DNA of 63,281 bases, filler included, from Phoronis australis (GCA_002633005.1; 4 parts of 4 records of this genome joined end to end with filler, not necessarily neighbours in it), one strand, 5' to 3'; shown: positions 25,499 to 38,302, counted from the first letter of the whole stretch. The notes: a model not told the origin generated them from the sequence alone. Program-made: numbers and translations.

Positions 25499-28400
25499 GG
25501 TCCAGTGGTGACGCCGTCGTCGAACACTTGTCGTTTGGGGTAAAAGTAGGTGAACGCGCACCTCTCTTGCAGGTAAGTATACATAGTGTTGTCACCGCCT
25601 AACCGGAATCCTTTGTTGAGGGCCGAGCTACTCTTTGTGGTCTGTAATACTTTGAGATACCTCGCCTTGTCGATTGCATTTCTTTGTCTTTGCACTCCTT
25701 TACAGCTAAAGTGGGATTGACCGTCGTCCGCCCCCACGTAATAGGTTTTAGAGCAAAGGGCGATGCAGTAGTCCCCTTCAAATTCCAGTTTCAATAAACC
25801 GGGTGTGCGCGTGTCGTAAGCTTCGTTTTCTTCCGTGTCCGTTCGCGGGAACCAAAGATGTTTTTCCCTCTCGAAAGCTGCTCGCATGTCTGGTTTTATT
25901 ACGTCCTCAAGGCAGTTACCGGATATAGCCATGTACGCCGAGTCCGTGTCCATTTCGCAATATTCGAAGTCGGACCTGTCGACGAATCTTAACATGAAGT
26001 CGTAATAAAACTCCAACATACGCAACTTTGCGTATTGATAAACGAAAAAGCCTATTTGAAGCGGCAGGTTCAGACGGATGGTCTTCTTTTTCATCTCCAA
26101 TTCGTAGGTTCCGTCCCCGATGTAGTTGACGTGTCGGAATTCCGGGAATTGGACTTCCCGTTGAGCCTTAGCCTCTCCGCAATACTTTACGTCACGATGT
26201 CTTTCTTGATTCGTGACCGTCTTACCATAGGCGCTGTTCCCTATTAGTTTCATCGTCTGCGCCACGATCGCTTTGTTCTTATCTTTGTCCCCTTCCCGCC
26301 TAGCGTCGCTGACTTCCTCACCGAAACGCTCGAAGCATTTTACGGGAGCAAATTCGACCACTTGATAGACGTTTGTTATCTCCAGGCCGTGTTCCAAGTA
26401 CCATTTCAGAAGCGGGGTCGCCAACAAAATTTTTTTACCGAAGAAACTTCCTACCAGAGATCGTCGTGGTCGGCTCATTATTTTGTTTTTCTCGGCATAC
26501 TCCCGCATAAATTCTCCTAGGTCGTCTCTGGTGATGTCTACATTCTTAAAGATAGGCTGCATTTCTGAAAAGTGCTCTCTCAGATGGTTCGGGACTTCGA
26601 TGTCACACTCCACAACACCGAACAGAGTACCGTCTAGAACGAACGATTTTATTTGTTCGCTCGTTAAGCGGTAGCAACGTTCCGTGGACAACTCTCGTCT
26701 TCTCAAAAAAGAACGTAGGGTATCGTCTCGAAGTTTCAAATCATCAAATTGGCACTCCCAAATTTCTTCGTAATCGAAGCCTTGAGATATTATGTAATCC
26801 CTAATTTTTTTTGTGTTTTCCATAAGGTCACTCATGGCTACGTTTCGTGTTTCGTTCCTCGTCCTCGGAGTCCCGTCGTCGTTTTTCGTGAGACGACAGT
26901 CGTGGCCGTGCCAGTAACATCCTTGGAATTGGAACACTTTGTGCGACTGACGACAAAAACCATCCACCGGAATACGACGCTGACCCACCCTTTTTTCAAC
27001 CCCGTTGAACTGATGACGGATACTAATACCTCGTTGCCATGCTACGAAATCCAACCAGGCCGTTGCCTTTCTTGCCCTAGGGTGAGAAAATTCTCGTTCG
27101 AAATTATTTTCTTGCCTACGACGGATAAACGGCCCGGTCGGTTGTTCGTTCATGATGCTACGAAGATACAGAGCGTTCACGTCAAAACCCAGAATTTTCG
27201 ACACCGTCTTTGGTATTTTTCCCGCACTCTCCATTTCCCTCTGGCGTATGCACGTCTTTCCCTTTTCGTGGTATCTGTGAAAAACAATACTAGGCCCTCC
27301 GACTATATTTTGTTTAAAGGTATAGTACAAGTCTTTGTGGTTTTCTTCAAAGAGCGTAAAGAATACGTTACCGACATTTTTGAAGAGAATCTTCATCGTC
27401 AGTCCCGGTACGCTTATACCATCTTTGAAGAGGTCGACGCCCTTTTCCCTGTAGAATGCCGCCATGGTATCGACGGCTTCCAGCATGGGTCCGGTGTCTT
27501 TGTTGTTGTACCATACCAACAAGTCTTTCAGACTCTTCATATTGTTTTCTTTCCATGCCCTCTGACAGAGGGCGTAATCTTCGTCGCTTATCCCCTCCCC
27601 TTTCAAATTACTATAAAAAGCCGTTTGCGGTGGTAGAACCGTTTCCCCTAATTTACCCAAGTTGTCTACGTACTCGTAGGGAAAGAAACCTTTCTCTTCC
27701 CTCGTCTCGTACGCCTTCAAAAATTTTGCGTAGCTACAACCCGGGGCCAAGTAATTAACAATGTCAAGAAATTTAAGTTGGTCCGTTGTTAAACACATAA
27801 AGTTATTGTTGCGCTTAATAACGAACCTCAATTCTTGCATTGATAAAAGTATGGGAAAAAATTGCTTCTTCATCGTATTCAGGTCGTAATTTCCCGAATT
27901 GAAACCAACCGTCGGCATCTGTTTGAGGTAACGATCAAACTCGTCGGCCAGGTCTAGCAGGAAGTGACGAAGAGGTTTATTTTCGTTTTCCCCGTCTTCG
28001 TCAACGTCATCCACCTCGGTGTTGTCTTTCACATCCGCACGAACCCTCTCTTCAATTTCCTCAAACACCCACGCAAACTTCTCTCTGAGTAGGCGGTATG
28101 CCTGGTCACTAACGACCACCAGATGTTCAATCATTTTTTTCACTACTTCTTTGGGGTCACCGTTGGAAACAAAACACTTCGGATCTTCAAAACCGTCGAC
28201 GTTACTGGCCACAGAAACGCTCATGATCTCGTGTTCTCTCTCCCAGGTTAGTTTAGGACCTCCGACTTTTTCCGTTGGTTTCATGAACGTCTCTATGTCA
28301 AACGCCGCCCTGTAGGGGTAGTACCGATCGCTTTCGGGAACGACGTATCCCTCTTCTTCCAGTTTCTCGAACACTGTGAGTGGCGTTGCGTACGCTTTAC

Positions 28401-28767
28401 CAGGAAAAACGTGTCTCACGCTCTTATCGCACGTTTGTTGGTGTCTGGAGACATTCGAAGCGGAATTCCAAAAAGAGCCACAGAGATTACATTGGTAAGA
28501 CCTACAATATTTTTTGATGTCGTGAATGTACGAAAAGTGGTCTTCGTACAAGTTTAGAAAAAGCTCGTCGTCAAATTGGCGATGGGGTCGACAAAGCAAG
28601 CGAGCCGTGACACCGTCTTCGGATTCTTCCAACTCGTACACGTAAATTCTAATTTGGAATACGTTTTGCATTTCCGGAACATCGTCCAGAAAAACGCCTT
28701 GGAACTGGTTGGATGGAAGACCCTTGTGGCGTCGATATTGCTCAAAAAGTTGTTTGGTCAACTGCAC
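25486..28767 (-). CDS. Protein-primed family B DNA polymerase (Polinton type), N-terminally truncated, with inserted VSR-like nuclease domain
   Basis: Exonuclease motifs AFDIET, GFNSGNYD and YNNKDT; polymerase motifs GFDVNALY, KLIGNSAYGK and MDTDS; VDGF...FQFQGCYWHGH insert; CxxC..H..C finger; 1093 codons without a stop. There is no true ATG start and the frame stays open to ~28803. Confidence 0.95.
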   Translation of the reverse strand: MQLTKQLFEQYRRHKGLPSNQFQGVFLDDVPEMQNVFQIRIYVYELEESEDGVTARLLCRPHRQFDDELFLNLYEDHFSYIHDIKKYCRSYQCNLCGSFWNSASNVSRHQQTCDKSVRHVFPGKAYATPLTVFEKLEEEGYVVPESDRYYPYRAAFDIETFMKPTEKVGGPKLTWEREHEIMSVSVASNVDGFEDPKCFVSNGDPKEVVKKMIEHLVVVSDQAYRLLREKFAWVFEEIEERVRADVKDNTEVDDVDEDGENENKPLRHFLLDLADEFDRYLKQMPTVGFNSGNYDLNTMKKQFFPILLSMQELRFVIKRNNNFMCLTTDQLKFLDIVNYLAPGCSYAKFLKAYETREEKGFFPYEYVDNLGKLGETVLPPQTAFYSNLKGEGISDEDYALCQRAWKENNMKSLKDLLVWYNNKDTGPMLEAVDTMAAFYREKGVDLFKDGISVPGLTMKILFKNVGNVFFTLFEENHKDLYYTFKQNIVGGPSIVFHRYHEKGKTCIRQREMESAGKIPKTVSKILGFDVNALYLRSIMNEQPTGPFIRRRQENNFEREFSHPRARKATAWLDFVAWQRGISIRHQFNGVEKRVGQRRIPVDGFCRQSHKVFQFQGCYWHGHDCRLTKNDDGTPRTRNETRNVAMSDLMENTKKIRDYIISQGFDYEEIWECQFDDLKLRDDTLRSFLRRRELSTERCYRLTSEQIKSFVLDGTLFGVVECDIEVPNHLREHFSEMQPIFKNVDITRDDLGEFMREYAEKNKIMSRPRRSLVGSFFGKKILLATPLLKWYLEHGLEITNVYQVVEFAPVKCFERFGEEVSDARREGDKDKNKAIVAQTMKLIGNSAYGKTVTNQERHRDVKYCGEAKAQREVQFPEFRHVNYIGDGTYELEMKKKTIRLNLPLQIGFFVYQYAKLRMLEFYYDFMLRFVDRSDFEYCEMDTDSAYMAISGNCLEDVIKPDMRAAFEREKHLWFPRTDTEENEAYDTRTPGLLKLEFEGDYCIALCSKTYYVGADDGQSHFSCKGVQRQRNAIDKARYLKVLQTTKSSSALNKGFRLGGDNTMYTYLQERCAFTYFYPKRQVFDDGVTTGPLNI

Positions 28768-29750
28768 TAAACCTCTCCGACATTGCAGTCGATGTGGTTG
28801 CTATGGGAACGCGTTGTTTTTCTGCCAATTCCAAGCCTCGTTACAGCTACATTTTGGCACTTTTTGCGAACTTACCTTGAGAACAATTGTGCAAAATGAA
28901 ACACTTAAAGTTTATCACTGAATTGGGGTGTCTTTAAACTTGCCAGTCATAGAAAATGTCAAGGTTTCAGTTCCATCTTAACAATTTTTGAAGGCTACCA
29001 GTTTAGCTAGTTTGCGGTGATTCCAAAATGTTGAAAATTGCCCTATTTTCTGCCTCAATATCTCAGCTGAAGCAAAATTTTTAAAACAACAAAACTACAA
29101 CCAGTGTTTAAATTGATCTTAGCTCTACAAAATAAATCTATAACAAGTCGAGGCAATCACCCTTCTTCATACCTGTTCGGGCTCCAGAAGTAGGGCACCT
29201 CACCAAAATTATGGAACTGGCCAATGTCTGCATAGTAACAAATGTATGCGAGGATTCGAAATACAGTTTTGAAATCTTAAAATAGGCGATCGAACATATC
29301 AAGAGAGCTTTAATTATGTTACTTTACAGAAAATAATGGGAAGCACAACAAGGCACGTTGGTTTCCTTTGACCCTGACGACAACGCTGCCAATGGCATGT
29401 ACATATATACAGGAGGCCGGTAGGTGTCGCATTATAGGCATCCAGGTGAGAATTGTGTCTCGGAAATTGATTCTTTTGACTGAACAAGTGAAGTATTTTC
29501 ATCAAATTTGTGGTTTGGTTGAGAAAGATAAACACAGTGACCACGTGGAGGCTGACAAATTGTGTGCTTCTCACTTCAGAAGTGAATATTTAGTACATGT
29601 ATGTGTGGAAAACCTGAGGCAGAAGGAATAACCGCACCCTGTCCGCCATTAATTGACCTACTTACGTAATATTAGCGATAATGCCTGGGACTAGGAAGAC
29701 AGCAACCTTCAGCCAGTGACAGGTCAGTGACTCGAAGCATTTCGTCCTAT

Positions 29751-30456
29751 ATGCCTAGAAGTGAGACGAGCCCGAAGACTACAGATATATCTAACCGTCA
29801 ACTATTAGAGATAATAAACGACAAGCTCGAAAAACTGTCCAACGACTTTGATTCTCTCAGACGCGAGTGTGCCACGTGATCAGGTCAAGTCACTGGAAGA
29901 AAAGTTAGATGATTTAGAGAATCGATACAGGCGAGACAACCTTATAATCCATGGCATGGTTGAAAATGGTAATGAATCCTGGGAAGAATCGGAAAAGCAA
30001 CTTGAAGAGTTTCTCAAGGAGCAGCTGAACATTGTAGATATAAACATCGAGAGAGCTCACAGACTGGGCCGTAAAACCCAGGGGAAAGTGCGGCCCATAA
30101 TAGCAAAATTGAATTCGAAAGATAAGCAAAAAATAATGAAGAAACGAAGAGAAGCGAGGGACCCCAACATATTCATAACAGAAGACTTCTCAATCCGGGT
30201 TAAGAAGGCAAGGAGAAAGCTGTACGAATTCTCACAATCAAACAGCATGGAAAACGCTAAAATCAGCTTTAACAAGCTAATCTATAATGGCAGAGTATAT
30301 GTTTACGATGAAGAAAACGATATGGTAAAAATCAAACACCGCACGACTAATGCTGACACACGCTACCGATCAACCCGAACGGAAGCCGCTGTTCAACATG
30401 ATGATCAGGTTTTCCACATGGCCAGCTCGTCTCAAGCTCAGTTGGACCAGCAATAG
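29751..30456 (+). pseudogene. LINE ORF1 (coiled coil plus L1-ORF1-like RRM/CTD), frameshift near 29876
   Basis: LDDLENRYRRDNLIIHG and IERAHRLG...RPIIAKL motifs; the upstream frame MPRSETSPKTT...LRRECAT supplies the coiled-coil N-terminus. Confidence 0.85.
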
Positions 30457-32374
30457 AGGTTAGGCCAAGGTCCGCAAGACAAGTCCTCATGGAAATTTAT
30501 TTGTTGGAATATCGAAGGTCTAAAGCATAAAATACAGAGATTTGATTTTGTAAATATGATATGTACATATGATATTACCGCTTTTGTTGAAACTTGGGGA
30601 ATGAATGAAGATGAGTTTACACTGGAAGGGTACCAGTGTTTTTGGTCGGTGAGAAATAAACACCCTCAAGCATTTCGGAATTTTGGCGGTGTAGTATTAT
30701 TTTGTAAGGATGTATTGGGGGCTATTAGGCTTCCTTCAAATTCGTGTGACGTTTTATGGGTAAACATTGACCTACCCGATTATCTGTATCCTCTTTTAGT
30801 TGCAGTTGTGTATCAGTCTCGAAAAAATTCAAGTAAAAATTTGGAAATAATGAAAATACTTGAGCGGGAGGTGCAAGGTTATACTGCTGAAATGAGAGAG
30901 GATTGTCACCTTTTAATTATGGGCGATTTTAATGCTCGTACGCGTAACAGGCCAGACTTTATTGCAGATTACAGTATTAAGTATATGGATGAATCCAGTG
31001 CTATTTTTGATTGTGTTGGTTATGTACATGTAGAAAATCGCCTGTGTTGTAGGACCTCACAAGATAATGGTGAGGTAAATGAGTTTGGTACAGAATTATT
31101 AGATTTTTGTCAAAGAAATGAGATAAGAATTCTGAATGGAAGAGTAGGGAAAGATGCAGACATTGGTAGTGTAACATGTGTAACTTATAATGGATGTAGT
31201 GTTGTTGATTATGTCATGATGAGCAAGGATTTATTGTACTGTGTGGACGGTTTTGAAATCGGTGAAATATGTGAATCGACTGCGCACTTTCCATTGATTT
31301 TTAGTATGTGTAAGACGCAGCAAAACAACTGGGCTCGAGATGAACAGAATGAAAATGTTTATAAATGCAACGAGGGGTTGAGCCTAAGATATGCAGAAAA
31401 CTGGTCGAGCCCGGAGGTGAATCAGTTGCTCGCTGACGTACAGAGTCATTTACCCTCGACCCTTGATTCAAGTGTAGAAATTTTAATGGAATCCATTAAA
31501 TTATGTGCTGCAGACATGTTAAAACCAGAAGTGAACATATCTTATAACACAGTTAGTTTTCCCAAATGGTTTGACACTGAGTGTAGGGAAATGAGAGCTG
31601 TCGTTAGGCAAAAATTAAGTAATTTTAGATTCAGTATTGGAACACTGAGAAAAAATATTTGCCGAACTCTATATGTACAAGCTAGAAGGGATTATGGAAA
31701 CTTAAAAAAGTGAAAAAAGATAGAGTGTAACAGAAAACATTACAAAACTTTGAAATCAGCTGTTTAGAGTAGACAGTAAAAAATTCTGGCGCGCATTTAA
31801 TATTAAGAAGAAAGGTGTATCGACGAATATTAAACCGGAGGAATGGATAAATTATTTCAGCTCTCTGTTCGAAGGCCACTATTTTGTTACTAATCCAGAA
31901 TTCGCTGAGTTTCATGCTTTTATTGAGAACTCAGTAAAAATGAAATCAATTCAAGTAATGCAGTTGTTGATATGGAGTTGGACGCTGAAATCACAAAAGA
32001 CGAAATTATACAAACCATCGGTAGTATGAAAGACGGAACTTCGCCAGGATGTGATCAAATTAGTATTGAGTTCTACAAGTATGCTGATAAAAAGTTGGTA
32101 GATTTGCTGTTCCAGCTATACAACTACTTTTTTAAAAATGGTGCGTTTCCAAAAGAATGGACAAAATCCATTATAGTACCGATATTTAAGGGCGGTACCA
32201 AAATTCCTGAAAATTTCAGGGGAATATCCCTCATGCAAGTTACAGCCAAAGTATTCGAAAAAATATTGTGCCAGAGACTTCAAAAATGGTCGGAAAGAGA
32301 AAACGTAATTAGTATGTCTCAAGCTGCGTTTAGGAAAGGGCAGAGTACGATGGATCACATGTTTGCTTTATATA
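30457..32374 (+). pseudogene. LINE ORF2 (APE endonuclease plus partial reverse transcriptase), frameshifted near 31700-31780 and truncated
   Basis: Endonuclease motifs WNIEGL, FVETW, GDFNAR, ILNGR and SVVDY; RT N-terminal motifs SPGCDQI, IVPIFKGG..PENFRGISL and QAAFRKGQSTMDH. Confidence 0.9.
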
Positions 32375-33669
32375 CGAGTGACTCCATATAAAAACCAACA
32401 GGTAGAGTCTATACCCAAAATCACCGATTTTTTGAAATTTAGCACATGACTTTGGTTTGTTGAGAAGTAGAAAAACCTCACTTTTTAAGAATTTTCATTC
32501 ATTATTTTTCTTTTTATGACCTGTACCTACATTTTGCAACAAAATTGGGCGTCGAAGTAGGCATGTTTGAATGCATTTTACTAACATGTATGCTACTATC
32601 AAAACAAGTGAATAATACGAATTAAAAGGGCAATGGCTGAATAATTTAATGACATTTTCGGCCACATTTGGCACTCTGTAGCAGCCATAACGCACCTTTC
32701 CTGAAATTGACTTTGTAATAATTTGTTTAGTCATTCCTAACCTGTTCATAATCTAAAATAAAAAATCTTGCCTCTAATCTAGTTTTTGCGTACGAAGCAT
32801 TATACGAACTGCACTTCGTCCTTTAGCATGCTCTCAGTTGCCTCTGCTGCCAATAGGGGGCTCTTGGAACATAAAATTATCTTGCAAACCACGACATAAA
32901 AACTTTGTATTTTGGAGAAAAGGCAGACAGCATTATTAATTACCATTCTATGAAACCGGCATTGATGATTAATACTTATTACAAAAATGTGTACGTAAAT
33001 CAACTGGCATGCGTGCCTCCAAATGATAGATGGCGCTGCTTTTGTTTACGTGAGACTGGAGACGCATCTAGATTAAGAGCAGTAACACGAGGACCTTGCT
33101 ATAATTCAGAGATGTTGCCGGGTATTTTAATGAGAACACGTGGTTTTGGATAAATTTTGGAGAGGTTCTAGTGTTACTGAACTCACCCCTGCCTTGTTTT
33201 CTATCTGCCTTGTTTGTGCCAGAGGCAAAGGAAGGCACCCAAGGTGGATATGCCCCAGCCCCTAGTGTTCAGTGCAAAAAATCCTTCAACTTGTCAATAG
33301 TCATTGAAACTTTGGGTTCATATTGTAATGTCCCTGCTGGTTGCTACAAATTTTAGTCGCTACCAGTCGCCAGAAATCTGGTGTTCCCCCACACACCGGA
33401 CACCCTAACGCTGAATATTTCTACCAGTGTGATCATCAGTGGTATAAAAAGGTCACAGTCAATAGAAAATAATTCACGAGAGACAATTTTATTAATGACT
33501 ACTTCATGACAGACATGAAGTAAACAGAACTAACGGTCTCGACTTCATATATCACACATTTTTGACTGGTATGCTACAAAACTAGGCTAAACGTTGAGCT
33601 CATTTACCACTTCTGATTCAGTAAATCTGACGACATAACAGCATCTTCAGCGGAAATTGCATCGTCATA

Positions 33670-34621
33670 AACATTGCTGCAGACAACCTCGAAAAAATCC
33701 ACCAATCTGCGATTCACTTAACATCATAGGTAAACACTTTCACAGTGGGTTCTCGTAATGTTTTCTCCATTTTGGCACTTCCGAAGGTGAAGGTTTTAGC
33801 CTGACTTTCTCCTTCATCAAATATAGTTCGTCAGAAAGTTCTTAACCTTTGATGAAAATCTTTTTGACCTTTTACCATTTTTCAATGCCTAACCTATTGT
33901 TTCAGCATTCGTCTCATCCATCTTGTACTCTGAGGCTGCCTCAAATGACGTTCCGGTTCTTGCATCTAAAAGCAAATCTGACGACTGTCGTGCAATGTGG
34001 TCATACGTGTTCAGTGTGGTTACCCACATCCAAATGCCGACCTACATGTAGTTCTGCGTCTGTAGCAAAAAAAATTTCGAGTAACCTTGCTGGGTACAAG
34101 GGAAGTTTTGTTGAGGCTCTTCACTAGATACAATGCCAACCTTGAGTCTTGGTGTTGAAAATCCGCCATGTCTAGAGATGTTAGTGTAATTTAGAGAAAT
34201 AGGTTTCCCATTTTCTCAGTATTTGTAAGAACTTACCGTCATCTATATGGAATGATTTCCACACGCGAATTCCTTGGGTGGAATAGTGGGAATTTGGGAA
34301 TGTCCTTATATCAGGAACTGAGTATTTTTGAAAAGACTTTGTTGCATTGACTGAACAAGCATACACATAACATCCCTTCACACGGCCACTGGAAAGTAGT
34401 GCTTCTTTCAAATCCGGAAAGTTTGTGATATTATTACTTTCGGCTACAAACTTTGCATGTTGTTTGAGTGGAGCGATCTTGCGATCACAGAGATCCTTTC
34501 CATTCTGACTTTCACTAAAGTCATATCTCGAAACAGAAATGCCAGTAGAATTTGACAAGGCTGCTACGTTCAGGAGGAGAGGAGCAGAGTGGTAACATCC
34601 AGCATTACCTGACTCTTCCAT
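33670..34621 (-). pseudogene. Decayed DDD transposase, Sola3-like
   Basis: SGNAGCYHS, RYDFSESQNGKDLCDRKIA, downstream HLDVGNH finger and frameshifted C-terminal QIGGFFSRLSAA. A candidate terminus (C)GAGTGACTCCATA at 32375 interrupts the LINE. Confidence 0.6.
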
Positions 34622-37600
34622 GACTGGTCCTGTTCAGTCAGAAATTCACCGACTCTAGGTAGTACGAGTCCTTACTCTGGCACAGGCATTGCTTTGTGAA
34701 GTAGTTTCTTGTATCTCAAATGTTCAGCGGTGTCTTTGACATAACTCACTAAAGCACAAAGCTTTTGTGATTTTTTGAAGAATAAACTCTAAAGGAACAT
34801 GAAGGCCCATCGACATCCTCCGCTATTTTGTCTTTTTAAAATGCACTTGCTTCTCTCAAAACCAGTCATTATAAATATCAATTCTTACTCATTTAAGTTT
34901 TAAGACATTAATTTCCATTAAAAAGTTCTACAGAGTGTTTAAATTAACCTGATTATGCAAAAGAAATGAAAGAATACGAGAGGCCTACAGGTACATTTTT
35001 TATAAATCCTCAAGCTTTAAACCTCAACTGATTCCCTCAGTGGGCAAAAGTCATCGGGTTCAGTTTTGATACTAGCCGCGTAATAAACCCGGAAAACATC
35101 TTGTTTTTCATTTGAAGGACTTTAGACTTGGTCTCTATAACTACATGTATTTAAAGCACACTTCTTGCCTAAAAGTTCGTTCAAATGGTCTGTAAACTCT
35201 GCTCGTCATTTTCAAACTATGAAAATAGACAGTTTTGCAAGACAACTTTCACTAAAGAGCAAAGTTAAGACAACATTTTTTTATTGGTCAGTCATCAAAA
35301 CTAACTCCTTAACTGTATGTTCAAAGCGTCACATAAGGCTACAAGGTGTTTTATGGCAGTAAGAAAGTCACAAAAATGGCCACTAAAATTAGCCCCAAAA
35401 AGTGGCCTGTGGATTATCTCCCCTCTCTAGCACAAAACCGTTAGATTTTAATAAATGGCACAGAATTATGCACAGTATACGTTGGTTATTTCAGTCACCA
35501 AAATATAGCTTTTGATCTAGTTTGTATGTTACTCATTTTTGTTGCTGAAAACATGCGATTTTTGAGACGGCTAATATGCCTAATTGTGCCAATTTGTGTT
35601 ATCATGCTCCAGCGGCGAAATTAGGGGTCATTGAGTGCACAAAATTTGGAATTTGGGTTTTTGTTAGAATACCTACCCATGTACAAAAAATTAAGTTGTT
35701 TTAAATTTTAACTGCACGAAAAAACGCCTTTCGTCAACATTTTCAAGCTATCAAAATGTGTACGAAAGTTGAACCCGTATCTGTTGACCTCTTTTGTAAT
35801 TCGAAAGATCGTCTTTCAACTTTTTGGAACACAAAATATGACAAAATGTCGTATTTTGTACCTTTTTACTAGAGAAAAGCTCAACTTTCATCTTTTTTCA
35901 TCTTCTTCACAAACAAAAGTTCATACCATCACCTTTTGTAATCTTTTAGACTTTCAAAATACCAAGCTGCCTGGTATAAAAAGGTGATAAAATGTGAACT
36001 GTTATTGCTTTTGACGTAAGATAGCTTATTCAGCAACATTTAATGTGAGCTGTTTTGTCTGTTGTAGNNNNNNNNNNNNNNNNNNNNNNNNNNNNNNNNN
36101 NNNNNNNNNNNTTAATTAATTAANNNNNNNNNNNNNNNNNNNNNNNNNNNNNNNNNNNNNNNNNNNNTACAGCTTAGAGTTTGATGAACCCAAAAATGAT
36201 ATAACAAGCGAGCTTTCATCACTCTTTTTATCCACATTAAACTGTTGTGTAATTATTGCCTGTCAATGACCTGAGGTTGTCCTGATGACTTATAATGTTG
36301 CAAACTACGCAATGGTGGACTATGACTTTTATCAGTAAGACCAGGCTGCCATTTACTTAAATATCAGTAGTAATATCATGACCCCAGGTGTTTGTGGGAA
36401 AACTCATACTTGATAGAACTGGTTAAATATGTCGTCTTTAAGGGAAAGCCAACATTTTTTTTTGGTTTGTTTTTGCCAGAAATACTGTGAAATCCCTGGT
36501 TGTTGTAGACATATTTCTTCGTTAATTACTGTTCCCCTGACTTTCATTAACTATACATGTAACACATTACCCACATGGCATAGTTGGCCCTAGGATGAGC
36601 TTCCTACATCCTGTTTCTACATTCACTTGTTTTCGATAAACACAATTTGCATTTTGCGTTCAATAGTAAGTCCGCTGTTGTGCTTGGTCAGTGAAAGGGA
36701 ATGGAGATGTAAAGGAGTGGAAAGTCATTTTTGCATGCAAACGTGATATGTGTGCAGCAGAAGGCACTGAGGGGGGTTTATACTTTTATTTAAGACAAAA
36801 ACCATGCAAAACAAGAAAAATTGACTTTCCTGTTTTATAGAGATGAGATTGAATGCTTCAAATGTTTGAGCATGTCTAAGCACTGTTGTTAAGAAATATT
36901 GAAATTTATAAGTTGTTATCATTTTTCAATGTCACGATGTCTATGGGTGTTATTTGTTTTTGAAATTTGTATCAGCTTTAAATGTCTCGGAAGCATGTGT
37001 CCATTATTTTAGTTCTGTTGTATCGGTTTGTCATCCTTTAGTAGGAGTTTGATTCATGTCACTTTCATGGAAATTTCCAACAATTCATGGGTCAATATTT
37101 TTGTAATTATTTAACTATTTTTAATCATGATGGGTTAAATTTTTGTTCAGACACTGTTAAAATTTGTTTTCTAAATTCAGACTAGAAGGGATCAGTGATT
37201 GAACTGTCAACCCCTCATGAGTTTCACTGCTATGCTTAAGCAGATATCATTCTCATACAGAGGCTGTAAAGTCTTGTGATTTTGTGCTCAGTACTTACAT
37301 TTCAACAGTGTAACTATGGTTGGATTTTGCTAGTCTATGAACATCATTGTATCTCCTTGGCCTAATATGTTTTGTGTTGAATCTGTGACTAAATGATCAT
37401 GTATCATGCAACTATGTCCTTGAAAATATTCACGGACCTTTTTACGGGCAGAACAAAAAGCTATCTGCGCTGCTAAGTGTGCAGACGATTTACGGCTATG
37501 GGTACAGTAATCTTCAGTATGTTTAAGTTTATGGTGTGTGAAATTTAGTTTGCTGGCCACGAGTGGCAATGAACAAGTTTGACTTCTTAACTTGTGTTCT

Positions 37601-38302
37601 GTCTGTCTGTAAAGAGATTGTTTGCAAAATTACTTACATGTGCATGGCGTATCTGTATGTGAAGACAGGAATTTCTCCCTTTTTGTTGCACAACACATCA
37701 ATTTCACTGTGACAATAATTTTATCTTGTAGTAAAATCAACTAAGGTTACCTCAAATGTTCTTTGGCTCTTCAGCTCTAAAGTTCATGAAGTTGTAATTT
37801 CGTTCCATTGCCATGTTTGTTCTTTGAAGTGTCACCACTTTGCATATAACACACTGTGTGGCAGGCAGGCAAGCAAAAGTTTAGTTTTTCGCTTGTATTT
37901 CATCAGTAATAAGTAGCACCAAAGTCAAATGTTTTACCATTTAGCTGTGTAGCATACTTCAATCAGACAATATCTTGAAACATTGCATTCATTCACAACA
38001 TTGCTATATGCTACTAAAAAGAAAGAAATTGTGATTTTGTTAACGTAGAAAATATATCTGAAACTAAATAAGGCGATCCAGATCCTCCCAAGGATACTAT
38101 TGTTTCGTGAAATGAAGAATATAAATTGGTAAATAAAACAACAAGAATGGATCAACTGAAATTTGAAATTTTCGGAGGTAACAACTTCCTTTATCAACAA
38201 AAACAGAAATAAAGTAAAATCAAACACGAAATGACAATTGACATATAAGATATGGTGTAATGAAAATGATACATTTTTGCGTAAAAAATTCAATGACATA
38301 TT

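Larger units (their letters stand above)
24906..28797 (-). mobile_element. Polinton/Maverick (adintovirus-like) element, one terminus plus pPolB, truncated on the right
   Basis: AGTAGTATAGT terminus at 24906 (Polinton-type AGT repeat) about 580 bp from the pPolB stop; no integrase, ATPase, capsid gene or second TIR in the window. Confidence 0.8.
29630..32374 (+). mobile_element. Non-LTR retrotransposon (RTE-X-like), 5' part present and 3' part lost
   Basis: ORF1 followed by APE endonuclease and the start of RT; homology stops abruptly at ~32374. Confidence 0.85.

Noticed and set aside
26749-27636. 295-aa ORF antisense to pPolB
   Set aside because: Shadow ORF of a long coding region, with no recognisable motifs.
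29368-29631. LCASHF resembling a THAP motif
   Set aside because: The other THAP residues (N-terminal CxxxxC, FP, W) are absent.
37930-38000. Hammerhead ribozyme expected at the Penelope 3' end (also CTGACGA-CC-GAAA near 61970)
   Set aside because: No complete CUGANGA/GAAA core with pairing stems at either site.
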